This document shows, in pieces, positions 13,102 to 24,827 of a DNA stretch of 64,000 nt. The position numbers and the translations under genes are program-made. The stretch lies in NCBI RefSeq assembly GCF_041146345.1, contig NW_027191406.1, positions 496,001 to 560,000 of the forward strand, read 5' to 3'. The stretch comes from Neodothiora populina. Taxonomy: Eukaryota. The notes under the pieces were generated by a model. The model did no database searches. It worked only from the letters and a program-made list of their open reading frames with translations, and had not been told where the DNA came from. Each line of letters starts with the position of its first letter. The first letter of the stretch is position 1.

Positions 13102-13842
13102 GCTCTTCAGCCTGACCTGACATATAAGCTGTCCAGCCTGCCGACCTGCCAAGGCGACACCCATCCACGGGTGAGATTAAAGCCGACTGACCTCTCAATC
13201 TCGTCAGAATGTGATTCACATATCCTTGGGGTTAGCCCGTTGAAGACGGATACAACAAGCTCACTCGGCGCTGGCAATCCGGCTTGATGCACACAGACAT
13301 CCAAAAGCACAGCAGACAACCAAAAGTCGTTCTGCAACCCTTTGAGAGCTGTAGCTGAATGTTGCTACTACGGTTATTACTGCTGAAGTCGCGCCGCACA
13401 GCGACTATCACTATGGCTAATGGAAACCCATTCGGTGATCTTTGCATCCAGGACAAGACTCAAGGAACTTTGACTCGGATAATACTAGGAGCATGCACGC
13501 TATGGCAAATGACGACGGCACTCTTACTGCAAGAAGTAGAGGAAACAATGAGGGGCTGTATTGACAGACATCCAACAAGACCTCACCCGCATGCATAAAT
13601 GTACAAAGCACTCCTCAGTGAGGACGATGTGCTAATATGGGTCCGCTCGACAGACTCTGTGGTCACGGTGTGGACCGGTCGTCTTGCGGTCGTTGTTCTC
13701 CGTAGTAGTATTGAGAGTCGTCTCCGGAAGCCGACATAAGCAGAGGCGGCGGCTGAGATTTCGCATTTCACCCGCACTTCCGCCTCGCCCGCATTCCCAA
13801 CTTACACCTCCAGTACTTTTCGTACTCTTATCCCCGAAAGAC

Positions 13843-13855
13843 CGGACGTCCCCGA
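13843..13855. promoter_or_regulatory. Putative UaY-type site (CGG-N6-CCGA) in the xanA promoter, flanked by GATA sites
   Basis: CGG-ACGTCC-CCGA. HGATAR sites at 13827, 13853, 13947 and 13969. TATA-like element at about 13874-13882. Confidence 0.4.
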
Positions 13856-14138
13856 TAGCATAGCTAGAGCAAATAATATAAACAAGATGTCCGTCCTACC
13901 TACTGAATTACAATTCATCTTCGCACATATCTCTTCAGTTATAGAATTATCTAAGAGCTTTCTCTTTCCTTATCGCAACAGATACATAGTAGTTGCGAGG
14001 CAGGCGATATTATTACGAAGTTCTATTCCAGCTGCAAGCATATTACTTGCTTCTTTGATTCCAACCATATCGACTTCCACAATCTATCATCTTACATCTG
14101 CCACAACAACCACAGACCAGCCACCTACAACAACAGCA

Positions 14139-15260
14139 ATGGCTATCCAAAGCGAGATCACCGTCCACAAGATCGCCCATCCCAAGGGATCCAAAGTCGA
14201 CTTTGGCGCCGAGATCAGAGGCGCCGACCTCGAGAATCTCAGCGAGCTCGACTTCGCAGTCATCAGACGTGCACTGTACGAGAACAGCGTTGTACTGTTG
14301 AAGAACCAGCAGACGCTCTCTCCTCGTGCTCAATTCGAGTTGACTCAGCGATTCGACCCCGTGTCGACTTCGTATGGTCATGGCAAGACCATCGACGCCA
14401 AGCGCTCCGTCCTGCACCCGGATCTCAAGACTATTCCCCACCAGCCCCAGGTGCAGGTCATCGGTAACGGTCCTGTTGCCGAGTACGAAGGTCTCAAGAA
14501 CATCACCCTCAAACATCCCCACCACAAGACTTTCCACGCCGATCCCCTTTCCGAGGCCGACGACAGGGATAACACGCGCTTCTACCGCTGGCACATCGAC
14601 GCCGCGCTCTACGGCTTGCACGCTCCCCGTGTGACGACGCTGATGGCCGTCAAAGTGCCCAAGACAGAACCGCTAAACCTTCGTTATGATGATGAGAGCA
14701 ATGATGAAATCAGTGTTCCGAGGGGCAGCACTGCCTTTGCCAGCTCGTACAAGACGTACGATTTGTTGTCCGAAGAAGACAAGCAGTTTGCTCGTACGAC
14801 CAAGGTGCAGTACGCGCCTCATCCTTATATCTGGATGTCACCTGCACGTTCGCGCTCCGATGGATTGGGCTTGGTATCTGAAGGTAAGGAACTCCCTTAC
14901 TCTGAGCTACCGCCCATCGAGAAGGACAAGGTCAAGATTCTGCCCATGACCTGGAAGAACCCCGTCACGGGCCAGCTGGCTCTACAGGTCCATCCTTCAG
15001 CGATCGAGAAGCTGCATCTCGCTGATGGAACCGTTATCGACGATTTGAAGGAGGTCAGAGAAATTGTGCACCGCATGCAAAGACCTGGCATTGCTCCTGA
15101 GTTTGTGTACCCGATCGACTGGGAGGAAGGCGATCTTGCCATTTTCAACAACCACGGAGTGCTTCACAGCGTGACTGGCTCCTTCTTGCCAGAGGAGGTT
15201 CGCATCTTCAGGCAATGCAACCTCGCAGCGAGCGAGGGCCCTCTGGGACCAGACAATTAG
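14139..15260 (+). CDS. xanA: Alpha-ketoglutarate-dependent xanthine dioxygenase (TauD/TfdA family)
   Basis: Close similarity, from recall, to Aspergillus XanA (YGHGKTIDAKRSVLHPDLKTIPHQPQVQVIG, RFYRWHIDAALY, APHPYIWMSPARS). HxD...H iron triad intact (WHID; GVLHSV). No intron. Confidence 0.92.
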   Translation: MAIQSEITVHKIAHPKGSKVDFGAEIRGADLENLSELDFAVIRRALYENSVVLLKNQQTLSPRAQFELTQRFDPVSTSYGHGKTIDAKRSVLHPDLKTIPHQPQVQVIGNGPVAEYEGLKNITLKHPHHKTFHADPLSEADDRDNTRFYRWHIDAALYGLHAPRVTTLMAVKVPKTEPLNLRYDDESNDEISVPRGSTAFASSYKTYDLLSEEDKQFARTTKVQYAPHPYIWMSPARSRSDGLGLVSEGKELPYSELPPIEKDKVKILPMTWKNPVTGQLALQVHPSAIEKLHLADGTVIDDLKEVREIVHRMQRPGIAPEFVYPIDWEEGDLAIFNNHGVLHSVTGSFLPEEVRIFRQCNLAASEGPLGPDN

Positions 15261-15426
15261 AGGTAGCTGTGAAGGTGCGGGCGTCATAACCCGTATATAG
15301 AGTGCGATGCGCAGGTTTGCTGTTTATGTCTCATCGGCGTTTGGGAAGGTATGGAATGGTTAGCGAGTTCAGCATGCAATCCATTCTCAAGTATATATAT
15401 AAAAGCCCTTTCAATTAGAACGAATA

Positions 15427-17121
15427 TCATGATCTTTTACGTCGCATCATTGCTTCCGCGTTCCTTTGCATGAAAGATTCCCCAAGACTGCCAGTCATGG
15501 TACCCCTGCCGGTCAGACTTGGCCTGGAGAATGAGTCATAATACGACCCATGGCCGATCGAGCTCGAGATGTAATCATTCTCCTCGGCTGGGAAATCGAA
15601 AATAGGATCGTCTCTGACCGAAGGCCGGGAGAAGCCCGGGGAGATTGGCTGGGTGGACGAAGTAGAGGATGAGCGAATCTTCAACATCGGAAGGCTTGCA
15701 CTCGTGGCACTGTTGTTGGACTTCTGTGGCGATATCGGAGAGAGATTAGTGTCTGGACTGAGCGAAGGAGAGGAGGACTGTCGATCCACCCGAGATCCCT
15801 CGATATCCTCCCGAAAGTCGACTTCCCACTCGAGATCAGACGGCCGCTCGGTATCTCCTACGTCCTCGTCGAGAGGAAATGGCGAGGCGAGATCTTCGAA
15901 GTCTGTGACGGCATTCCCGGGTTGCGTTCCAAGCGCGGCGGCACCTAAGCTGATGTTGGACTGCGGCTGAATAGACAAGCCTTGTGTCAAACTACTGGAA
16001 AGGGTTGATGGAAGAGTCTGACTTGAGGTTTCGTTGCCGAGAGAACCTGGTGACAATGAGGGCGATTGCAGTGGAGATGCATCTTCGAACGTCGCTCCGC
16101 CTTTCTTTGAATGGTGCAAGGCGTCCGCCTGTCGGACTGGGGCATACTCTCTCTCCGTGGGCAGATCGTCATTAGGATGTACAGCCGGTAGATCATCGGC
16201 CAATTGCAACATTACACGCATCTGCTTCGAGCTCTTCCTGCCACCAGGGGGTTTCAATACGGACACAAGGCCTTCCGACCCAGTTGATGGGGTCCTGGGA
16301 CCATGTCTAGGCCTCGGCTTGCCTTCAGCATCTAGCGTGGGCTCTGTGTTGGCTCTTTGCAGGGACTGCCTGTCCGAGAACAGAGTCTCCGAACCTCGAT
16401 GCTCCATAAGATCTGGTGCCGAGGGTGATCGCTCAAGCCCTGGCTTATCGTCAAGAAGCGGTAGGAAGGCAGGCGTGAACAGGCCCATGAAATCCTTCTC
16501 GCGCTCGTAACTAGGTCTGATATCCTCAAGACCGGAGTTTGCGGTCCTACGGTCGATCCTTGTTCGCACGTTTCCGTGATCTTCAGTCGGCTTTTCAAGC
16601 TTCGGCGCTTCCGATGGAGCAGTACCGTTGATGAGCACATCTTGAGATCTGGATGGCTGATGCGAGATAGTGGAATGTACTTCACCGTGCTCATTGCCAT
16701 GGTCGGACCCCACCGGCACTTGTTCTTGCACATTCTGTATCTGTTTCCAGATCTCCTGTTCAAATCGTTTGAACTCCCTCTCCTTCTGAGCAATGAACTT
16801 GTGTATCTGCTCGTCGAGTTGTTTCCTTTTCAGCTCAAGCTCTTGCATGAAGCCACGCACTTCCTCATTTGTCTCTGCGATCATTTCCATGTTCTTGCGC
16901 CAGGCGGCACGCCGGCTTTCCTCACGAACACTAGGTTTGGCATGCTCCCGAGGCGTTCGGTTCCCGAGCGAGGGTTGCGCTGTTTGTCCGTGAATCGGAC
17001 TTGGCCCTACTGCGGAAGTGATCGCATCACTCTTAGTGCTTGGTGATTCAGACGTCTGATCCGGCTGTAGTCGAGATGATGGCACAGGATTGGCGGCCGT
17101 GGAGGACTCAGTGGGGCCCAT
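15427..17121 (-). CDS. Hypothetical 564-aa protein with N-terminal coiled coil and Ser/Pro-rich disordered body
   Basis: Long intronless ORF starting at ATG. Coiled-coil segment (EEVRGFMQELELKRKQLDEQIHKFIAQKEREFKRFEQE). No recognised domain. Confidence 0.75.
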   Translation of the reverse strand: MGPTESSTAANPVPSSRLQPDQTSESPSTKSDAITSAVGPSPIHGQTAQPSLGNRTPREHAKPSVREESRRAAWRKNMEMIAETNEEVRGFMQELELKRKQLDEQIHKFIAQKEREFKRFEQEIWKQIQNVQEQVPVGSDHGNEHGEVHSTISHQPSRSQDVLINGTAPSEAPKLEKPTEDHGNVRTRIDRRTANSGLEDIRPSYEREKDFMGLFTPAFLPLLDDKPGLERSPSAPDLMEHRGSETLFSDRQSLQRANTEPTLDAEGKPRPRHGPRTPSTGSEGLVSVLKPPGGRKSSKQMRVMLQLADDLPAVHPNDDLPTEREYAPVRQADALHHSKKGGATFEDASPLQSPSLSPGSLGNETSSQTLPSTLSSSLTQGLSIQPQSNISLGAAALGTQPGNAVTDFEDLASPFPLDEDVGDTERPSDLEWEVDFREDIEGSRVDRQSSSPSLSPDTNLSPISPQKSNNSATSASLPMLKIRSSSTSSTQPISPGFSRPSVRDDPIFDFPAEENDYISSSIGHGSYYDSFSRPSLTGRGTMTGSLGESFMQRNAEAMMRRKRS

Positions 17122-18490
17122 CAGAAGAGCTGATTTGAGATCTCAGCGCTGAGGATGGCGTCTTTCCGGCTTCTTATCGAAGACTACGTGGTTGGGATTC
17201 ATATACGATTTCCGCTGGGCAAGATAACCTCAGGTTTGATCCGGCAAGGTAGTGTCGGAACGGAAAAGAGCCAGGCCAGGAGGTGTGAGTAGAGTATAAA
17301 AGAGTGACGATGAACCCAGTTTGGAACAAAAGGAGCAGTTTGCGACGTCGCCGCTGTTTGACTTTGGTGGCTATGAATGGGTTCCTTGGTGCTCACTAGC
17401 AAAACCTGGCAGTGTGGACTCCGATGATGCGCGATAGCTGATAAGTCAGGGCGACAATGGTAGCCTTGAAAGCTCTACAGGATTTAGTACGACGAGAATC
17501 TGGCCTGGATTTCGATCGCGATCCGCTGAAGTGCAGGTGCAAGATTGTGCAAGGGGTATGGGCGTACAGTAGCCTGCAGTCACTAGATGGTATGACCCTG
17601 TGCGACAGATGCAGCGAATGTCAAGCAGATGCTACCGACAGGAGAAAGTAAACCACCTGAGATTCAAGAAAGAATCAGAGCCAATGGTGCAAGCAGATGT
17701 GAGATTGTGAGGATGCCATAGCTGTAGGTAAGCCTTGAATGCAAAAGGGAAAAAGATTGTGACATGTAGCACGAGCGAGTATCAGCAGCAGAACTAGTAC
17801 AGGTACAGGTAATAATGGGCGGAAGCGGGTGGATTCCAGATGCAGAAGCCCGGACGATTAGCAGATCCTTTCGCCTCTGTTCCTGCAAATGTATAGTCCA
17901 CTTTCCACTTCCCGAGACTCTCGTATAAGACTTCGAAACTCGCCATCGCATCCAATGGCAAAATCGATGAAAAGGGCCGAGCAGTTGCGACAGTTTGCGA
18001 CCAATCAGCGTTGGTCAGACTCTCGGGCTGATGCCGTAGCGGGCGTTTCTTGCGGGACGTGGAACGGTTTCCGACCTTCTCCATATGTTGCTTCTCGTGC
18101 TTCATCTATGTTGTGGGTATACCGAACTATATATCATCCGAGAGACGCGCAAGACGGACAAGCGAACACACAAACCCCTTCCTTGGGTGCCCAGATCTTG
18201 CGCTGATCGCCGTGCTCCCCGCTGCTGATCCATAATACTCGAACTATCAGATCAGCAGTGTAGCGCCACTACTTTGGTGCCCTGTCCCTGATCCGGGTTC
18301 ACGTGTCTGTGTTTGCAAAATTATCAGCTTTCTTTGCGTTTGCCGGGCCTACATGCTGAGATAATTACATAATCTTGTATTCGGAATACCCATAAGTGCT
18401 ATCGAATCTCCGATTTTGTACGCGGATTTGTTGTTAGTCGGTCCTTGATTGGGGGAAGCTTACCTGAGATGATGCCGCTGGGCCACAAAC

Positions 18491-20722
18491 ATGTCGACTT
18501 CACTATCTGGGGCGGAAAGCCTAGAGATGACCCGACGGCGGGAACGCGCTGCTATTGCCGCTCAAGCGTGCCAGACTTGTCGTAGCAGGTGAGTTGATGG
18601 CTGCTCATTGCTGAATATCTTCTCATGTGGGTGCTGAGATCTGGTGCTCGCGTCTTAGGAAGTCAAAGTGTGATGAACAGCGTCCCAAGTGCGGACTATG
18701 TAGGCGCCTGGGGGCCGATTGCGTCTACCGTGAGCCGCAACCCACAAAGTAAGTAGGCATCGTCTTTGCGTGGTGCATTGTCGGCGTTGTGCTCACTGCC
18801 TGTCTAGAAAGGATAAAACTATGGTGCATATCCTGGAGACATTGCAGCGCCTTGAGAACAAATTCGACACTCTTCAAGTGTCAAGCTCTCCCACTCCACC
18901 CTTATATCAGAATCATCCGACAAATAGTGAAGCTCGATCCTCGAATGGAGGCGAAACTTTGGGAGCCTCCCGAATAGGCTCTTCCACTGGACGGTCAATA
19001 AGCCGTGCACTCACCCAGACATTCCCAAAGGAGCTTCAACGATCCTACCAACATTTGACAGTGGCGCATAAAGTCTTGCTCTGGCCAGCAATCTACTTAC
19101 ATATCCTCAATTCCGGTCTTGCGGCCGCGACTGATCTGGAGCATGTTCTACAGGACGGCACGCCATGGTTCATTCATCTAGAGCTTGCCAAGCATCCCAA
19201 TACGTTGGCTTGGGATACCCAGATGAGAACTTATCCGATACAACAAGTTCAAGGCCGGGGGATGAGAGTGGGTTTCACTGAGCTCACAATGGACAGAGTT
19301 CAGCGACTTGCTAACGCTTATTTCAACACTTTCAACCTTCTGCTACCAATTCTCGACCAGGAGCAGTTCATGGAAGATGTAGTCGGGTCAGTCATGCGAA
19401 ACGGATTTGCAGACGGAGACCCGAGCGCCTGTTTAGCTCTTCTTGTTTTCGCTTTAGGTCAGGTCGCCATCGATGGTGTGTACGGCGAGCCTGTCAGTAG
19501 CTACAATGGCAGCGCGAGCGGACTTCGTGGAGGCACTGCGGACGAGCCTCCAGGCATCGATCTCTTCAACGAAGCAAGACGACGTGTTGGTTTCAGTGTC
19601 CATGCCTGTACTCTGGAAAATGTACAGATTCTCCTTCTGCAAGCGGCATACTATGAGGCGTGTGCCAGGCACATGGATTTCTGGAGGGCTACAGTTGCCG
19701 CATCTATGTCTTGTCAAGTGCTGATCAGATGCGAATCAATCGACTGGTCGACTCCCAGGGCTGACCTCATAAAAAGAGCCTATTGGACATGTGTCCTTAG
19801 TGAGGACATGTACCATCTAGAATTGGATTTGTCGCAGACCGGCATACACACTCTCGAGGATCAAGTGCCTCTACCGTACTTTCACGAAGCGCAGAACATG
19901 TCTGGAAATGAATCAGACGAGCGCTCGCACTTTCAGTACCACTTTTTAGCGATGATTGCGCTGCGTCGACTCATCACGAGGATCCACAGTTCCATACACG
20001 ACAGTAAGTTCAAACCGTGACGAATGACAATAATAAGACTGTCTTTTTGCTGACACTGTCATGCAGCCAGCAGCGCGACAGCAGAGTCGACGGAGGATTA
20101 TGGCGGGCCTCCTGTGCACGTGATAAAGGAACTCGCTCGACAGCTGGAGTCCTGGCGCTCGCTCTTACCACGACCGCTCCAATGGTCAGATAGCGACAAA
20201 TTCGATTTTCCCGTCACCACACTGGTCACACGACGATCGCCTGACACATTTTTTGTGCTAGACCAGGGACCGGTCCCTATCAATCATCGGTCCAACCTTG
20301 ACATCATCACTGCCCAATTGCGCACCCGGTTCTATTATGCTCGTTTCATGATATACCGGCCGTTTGTGTACAAGGCTCTTCACTTCCCCGAACTTATGTC
20401 ACCGGACGACGTAACATGTTGCGCACTGGCGATCCAGTCGGCATGTCTTTGGCCGATAGCAATGGCGCCACCTAAGAACAAGAAGCGACTGGTGCCTCAC
20501 TTGTTCACGTGGACCCAAAACTTCATGGGCATACTGCTCATACTGCGGATGACTACAGAAAACACTTGCCTGAAAGGCATCTGTGATGAGAGGGTGAATA
20601 GAGAAGATCTGGAGCAAACGGCATCTCTCATGTTGGATTGGCTAAGAGACATTAAGCAAGTCGACGGGATCGCTGAATGGAGTTGGAAAATACTAAGTCC
20701 GCTCTACCTGGCTCAATCTTGA
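18491..20722 (+). CDS. Zn(II)2Cys6 fungal transcription factor with fungal-specific TF domain
   Basis: Spliced zinc cluster [31 protein letters not shown], using introns 18589-18658 and 18749-18807. Third intron 20004-20066. Middle-homology-like region (AYFNTFNLLLPILD...ENVQILLLQAAY...RAYWTC). Confidence 0.9.
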
Positions 20723-21293
20723 AGGTGAGCGAAAAGCAACATCTGGGTTCTGAAAGATCAGTATTGATCGACGGATGGAAACAGACATTGAGGCATAATT
20801 GGCTTCACTCTCACAGGATACCCTACATCTTATTCAGTTGTTCGAAAAGCATAGATAGGTTACAGTAGATAAGGTCGATGTCCACGAAGAACGAAGAGTG
20901 TCTGAGGCAAATTCAAGCAAGCGTGGAGACACCCAGTCTCGGATCAACTTGAACCATCTTAAGGCACTGTACCTGCAATGGTTTTGTCTAATCAAGACAT
21001 ATATCCTATGCCACGCGCGGTGTGATCGAGTCCGGTCGACGCGAGTCATGCTCGACGGGCAAACACGACCAACGACTCTTCCGCTCGACTCGCATCGTCA
21101 ACTTCTCGGCCAAAGAAGTCCAGATCGGGTCGCAGCCTTTCCCTTCTTTACATCTACCAACTCTCTTCAACAACGAGGGACTCTGCTCAATTCCCCGGAA
21201 ATCACTCGTTTTGCACTTCTCAGAAACGATGAGTCCTGCTCTCGACTAGTTCCCCTTCTCCCGGCGACATTCAACACCAGCCATGGATGTGCC

Positions 21294-24200
21294 ATGTTCT
21301 GCAATCCTCATCGACCCGTGCCATCCAAGGCAGCTCTCCGTGTCCTTCGCCAACTCGCATATATATCATCCGGAACCGCTTGCGGTGCGGCCGCGCTCGT
21401 AGTCGAGGAACGAAGACGCCAGATACGCGTGGCCAAAAAGGTCGTGGAAAATTCAAAGAGGTTGAAACAACACCCTAGATATGCTCACTCGAGTACCGCC
21501 ACTGTCCTCCCGCAGAACGATAGCATCACCGACAATGGTGAGACAAGCTTCAGAGAGCAGACGCAAGACTTGACGACAGCACGCGAAGGCGGTGCAGTGG
21601 CTTCGCAGAGTGATGCTACGGCGTCCGCGAAACACACGACTATCCAGAGTGAACCCGAGTACCAGCGTGTTGAGTCTGAGGCCTTCCGTGACAATACTTT
21701 ACCGTCGGAAGTCGACAAGGCTTACAGAAAATTCTCTAAACGTCAACGCAATGCTCGGTCAGCACGGCCGTTGACGGATGCACACGAGGATAATAATGCC
21801 GGTTATCAAGGCTCAACCTACCGCGACCGACGAAGTTACAGTCAACTGGCGATGTTGACTAATACATCCAACATCGAGGCAAACTTGTCGACACCGGACA
21901 TCGACTCGAAGCAGTCAATAATGATTCAGCTTTTGTCCGGACATCACGGAGAAACCCTCCACGAGCCCTCCTCGCGACTCAAGACTCCCTCTACAAATCC
22001 ACCGAGCCGAGCTCGCACGTCTCGAGCACACTCTGTATCTAACAACGACTCGGTTAAATCACTAAAGAGCCGATCTGCTGCTCTCAACTCGGCAAGAATA
22101 AAGCGGTCTGTGTCCGCCTTTCTCGCCCTATATCCACACAGTACACTTTCAGACTCGTCTAAATCAAACACGGACATGGTCGCGCTTGCTGCAAGCTTGC
22201 TCGAACAAGCAGCACAGGCAGGTCTGCTCCAGTCCTTACAGCGCATGACTGTCTGGATGTTGCGCAGAGATGTACTTAGCTCGGACCTTCTGCACAGCGT
22301 TTGTCTGAACTCATATTGTGTGTTCGCTCAGAACGATCATCTGCCTGCCTTCAACTTCTATACGCAGCTTCTGCTCAACCCAAAAGTACAACAATTGACC
22401 CCAGGCCTTGATCAGTGCAAGTTGCTCGTCACTGCGAGTATGCTCGAGGTCGATCCCAAGCTTTTCTCTGATCCCGGGCGCCTCGATTTTGCTCGAACGG
22501 TCAAGAAAAACAATCATGCCAGCAAGATGGTCATTGAATGTTGTGAAGCGCTGCTCAAGGCCGAACGCCCCAATGCCGCTATGCTACTGCTGCAGCATTG
22601 TGCCTTTAGTACAAGGATCGTCAGGAAGGATGCGCGCCTCGCAATGGTGTGTGAGATATATCAGACCTTCCTTGATGCAAATGACCTTGTTGGCTGCACA
22701 AAGTTGCTACGATGGATGGATGAGAATAGCCCGGACTTACAGCCAAGGTTACGCTCTTTAGCTGTTCTGTGCAGTGATAGCCAGGCCAACGTAGCTCTTG
22801 TCAACCTGTGCAAATACATTCGCACTCGTCCGCAGCAGCATCTTCCGGACGAAGTATATCCTGCCCTATACTCGGCACTGGCCTTTTTTGGTCATAGAGA
22901 GACGGCGAAACAATTTATACAAAGCTCGAGGAGACCCACAGATGATGCCTTGATGAGAGATTGTCAGCCCGCGTGGGCTGCGCTCCTCGAGAGGTTCTGG
23001 AATGACACGAAGAATCTGATGACTGTCGACAATCTTTTCCAAAGCATGCATCAATTAGCGGGCAAGACTGGTACTGGTCCAGCACTGTATAATGCGATGA
23101 TTTGCGTCAGCGTCCGTGCCGGCAAAGTATCCAAAGCTGAAGAATACCTGCGACGAATGCAAGATAACGGGATCCAACCCAATCTGACGACTTTCGCCTA
23201 CTTCATACATGCGGCTGCAAGGTCACAAGAGTGGCAGAAAGTAGAGTCGTTGCTTGGTCTTCTTGATGCTGCTGTTTTGGCGAACGCCACGTCATCCGAA
23301 AGAGCTACGCTCTTTGACCCTCTGCTCTCCGAGTATGTTCGCCACCATGAACCATCCGAGGTTTGGGCGTTTGTCGCTCGAGCCATTGACATCTATCGAC
23401 TCGGCATGAGTCGAACCACCAGCCAGATCGTTCTTGAGTCGTTTGTACATGGGGGGCGGATTGACTTGATTCCTCAATGGACTGCCTACATGGCAACTCA
23501 TGGCATTCGCCTCGCTATGGGTGCGCAAGCTGCGGTAGCTATGCTTAGACGGTATTACTATGATATGCGCCCATCGCACGTTGTCATGATGTGGCTCGGA
23601 CGTAACCTAACCAGGCAGGCACCCGATTTGCGATCAGAAGGGCTCGACTTACTGCTGCGTGAAGCAATCGCCTACGATATCCGGGAATCGGGAACCGGTG
23701 CCAATTCTCGGCGCCTTTCCGAACGCGCCCAAGCCCGGCTCAAGCTCCTAGGTGTGGGTGAAGGTGTGCTCAGCGGTCCCAACGCGATCCGGCGCGATAA
23801 CATGTGCGAAAGTGCTGCCAAAGCCGCTGAGAATGCAACCGAGGACAACGACCGGCTTTATACGGAAGCAGAGCTGAAGGAAGGTCTCGAGGAAGAAACG
23901 AGTGTACACGAGGACTTTCAAGAAGCAATTGGAGAAGATCTAGAAGATGTCGATTCTGGCTATGCTTCAGATACTGCGTCAGGCCTGCCCACAGCTTCGG
24001 ATTCCCTCGGTCGACGAAGAAGGGAAACAGAAATTCTTCTCGCTTTATCCTTAGGCAATCCTGCTGACGCTGTGTCACTGTACAAGCAATCGCTCTCGAT
24101 CGACAGACTCCCACTCTCGTCGCTTTCTCTCGAAAGCGCCATCACAGCAAGTATTCGTTCTCACGAGGGTGACACAACTGAAGCGGAAGAACTATTCGGC

Positions 24201-24827
24201 TCTGCGCAGGATGCAGGTATGAATGTTTCGGCGGCTTTGCTGCCGCTCCTATTGCAGCGCATAAAGAATTTGAGTAAAGAAGGTCGTTCTCAGGCCCTCG
24301 AAGAACTGCAGACGACCGTCTCCGAATTTTATCGAATAATGGAGGAGAATAACATTCCTGTGCGGCATCACGTGGTGACAGCAGCAGCGCAGGCTCTCAT
24401 GAAGCACGGAAAAGCGAACGCAGCAGTATCACTGCTTCGTAACGTTTACGATTCGTCAGCTGCATCACCTGCCGGCAAGTCCTTTGATTTACCAGCCATG
24501 ACGACCTTGTTTCAAGGGTACGCGAAGAGCGAACAACTTGATGGCATGGAATGGACAGTCAATACCATTCTCGACGAGAATTATCGTATCAACAACGCCT
24601 TCCTAAGGACATTGAAGCATGCCAAGTCCCATTTCAAGCTTGCAGCTTCCGTGACCAGCAACGAGAGTTACGCTCGCATAGCTTCACGAGTCGATCAGCT
24701 AAGAGATGCCTGTAAGAAGCGGCAAAGAGAGCAAATCCGCGCAACGACCAGTTTTGGCAACCGACTTGTCCGCTGCCTTTGCAAAGAACACGGAAAGTCA
24801 AGGGACAGGCAGACAAAGACCCTGTAG
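21294..24827 (+). CDS. Pentatricopeptide repeat (PPR) protein, probably mitochondrial
   Basis: Likely start at ATG 21294 (basic N-terminus MFCNPHRPVPSKAALRVLRQLAY). PPR repeats LYNAMICVSVRAGKVSKAEEYLRRMQDNGIQPNLTTFAYFIHAAARSQEWQKVESLL and AMTTLFQGYAKSEQLDGM. Confidence 0.82.
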   Translation: MFCNPHRPVPSKAALRVLRQLAYISSGTACGAAALVVEERRRQIRVAKKVVENSKRLKQHPRYAHSSTATVLPQNDSITDNGETSFREQTQDLTTAREGGAVASQSDATASAKHTTIQSEPEYQRVESEAFRDNTLPSEVDKAYRKFSKRQRNARSARPLTDAHEDNNAGYQGSTYRDRRSYSQLAMLTNTSNIEANLSTPDIDSKQSIMIQLLSGHHGETLHEPSSRLKTPSTNPPSRARTSRAHSVSNNDSVKSLKSRSAALNSARIKRSVSAFLALYPHSTLSDSSKSNTDMVALAASLLEQAAQAGLLQSLQRMTVWMLRRDVLSSDLLHSVCLNSYCVFAQNDHLPAFNFYTQLLLNPKVQQLTPGLDQCKLLVTASMLEVDPKLFSDPGRLDFARTVKKNNHASKMVIECCEALLKAERPNAAMLLLQHCAFSTRIVRKDARLAMVCEIYQTFLDANDLVGCTKLLRWMDENSPDLQPRLRSLAVLCSDSQANVALVNLCKYIRTRPQQHLPDEVYPALYSALAFFGHRETAKQFIQSSRRPTDDALMRDCQPAWAALLERFWNDTKNLMTVDNLFQSMHQLAGKTGTGPALYNAMICVSVRAGKVSKAEEYLRRMQDNGIQPNLTTFAYFIHAAARSQEWQKVESLLGLLDAAVLANATSSERATLFDPLLSEYVRHHEPSEVWAFVARAIDIYRLGMSRTTSQIVLESFVHGGRIDLIPQWTAYMATHGIRLAMGAQAAVAMLRRYYYDMRPSHVVMMWLGRNLTRQAPDLRSEGLDLLLREAIAYDIRESGTGANSRRLSERAQARLKLLGVGEGVLSGPNAIRRDNMCESAAKAAENATEDNDRLYTEAELKEGLEEETSVHEDFQEAIGEDLEDVDSGYASDTASGLPTASDSLGRRRRETEILLALSLGNPADAVSLYKQSLSIDRLPLSSLSLESAITASIRSHEGDTTEAEELFGSAQDAGMNVSAALLPLLLQRIKNLSKEGRSQALEELQTTVSEFYRIMEENNIPVRHHVVTAAAQALMKHGKANAAVSLLRNVYDSSAASPAGKSFDLPAMTTLFQGYAKSEQLDGMEWTVNTILDENYRINNAFLRTLKHAKSHFKLAASVTSNESYARIASRVDQLRDACKKRQREQIRATTSFGNRLVRCLCKEHGKSRDRQTKTL

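Noticed and set aside
20898..21293. 132-codon N-terminal extension of the PPR ORF in the track
   Set aside because: Starts at GTG just after the upstream gene's 3' end. ATG 21294 gives a more plausible mitochondrial-type N-terminus, although an in-frame ATG at 21048 cannot be excluded.
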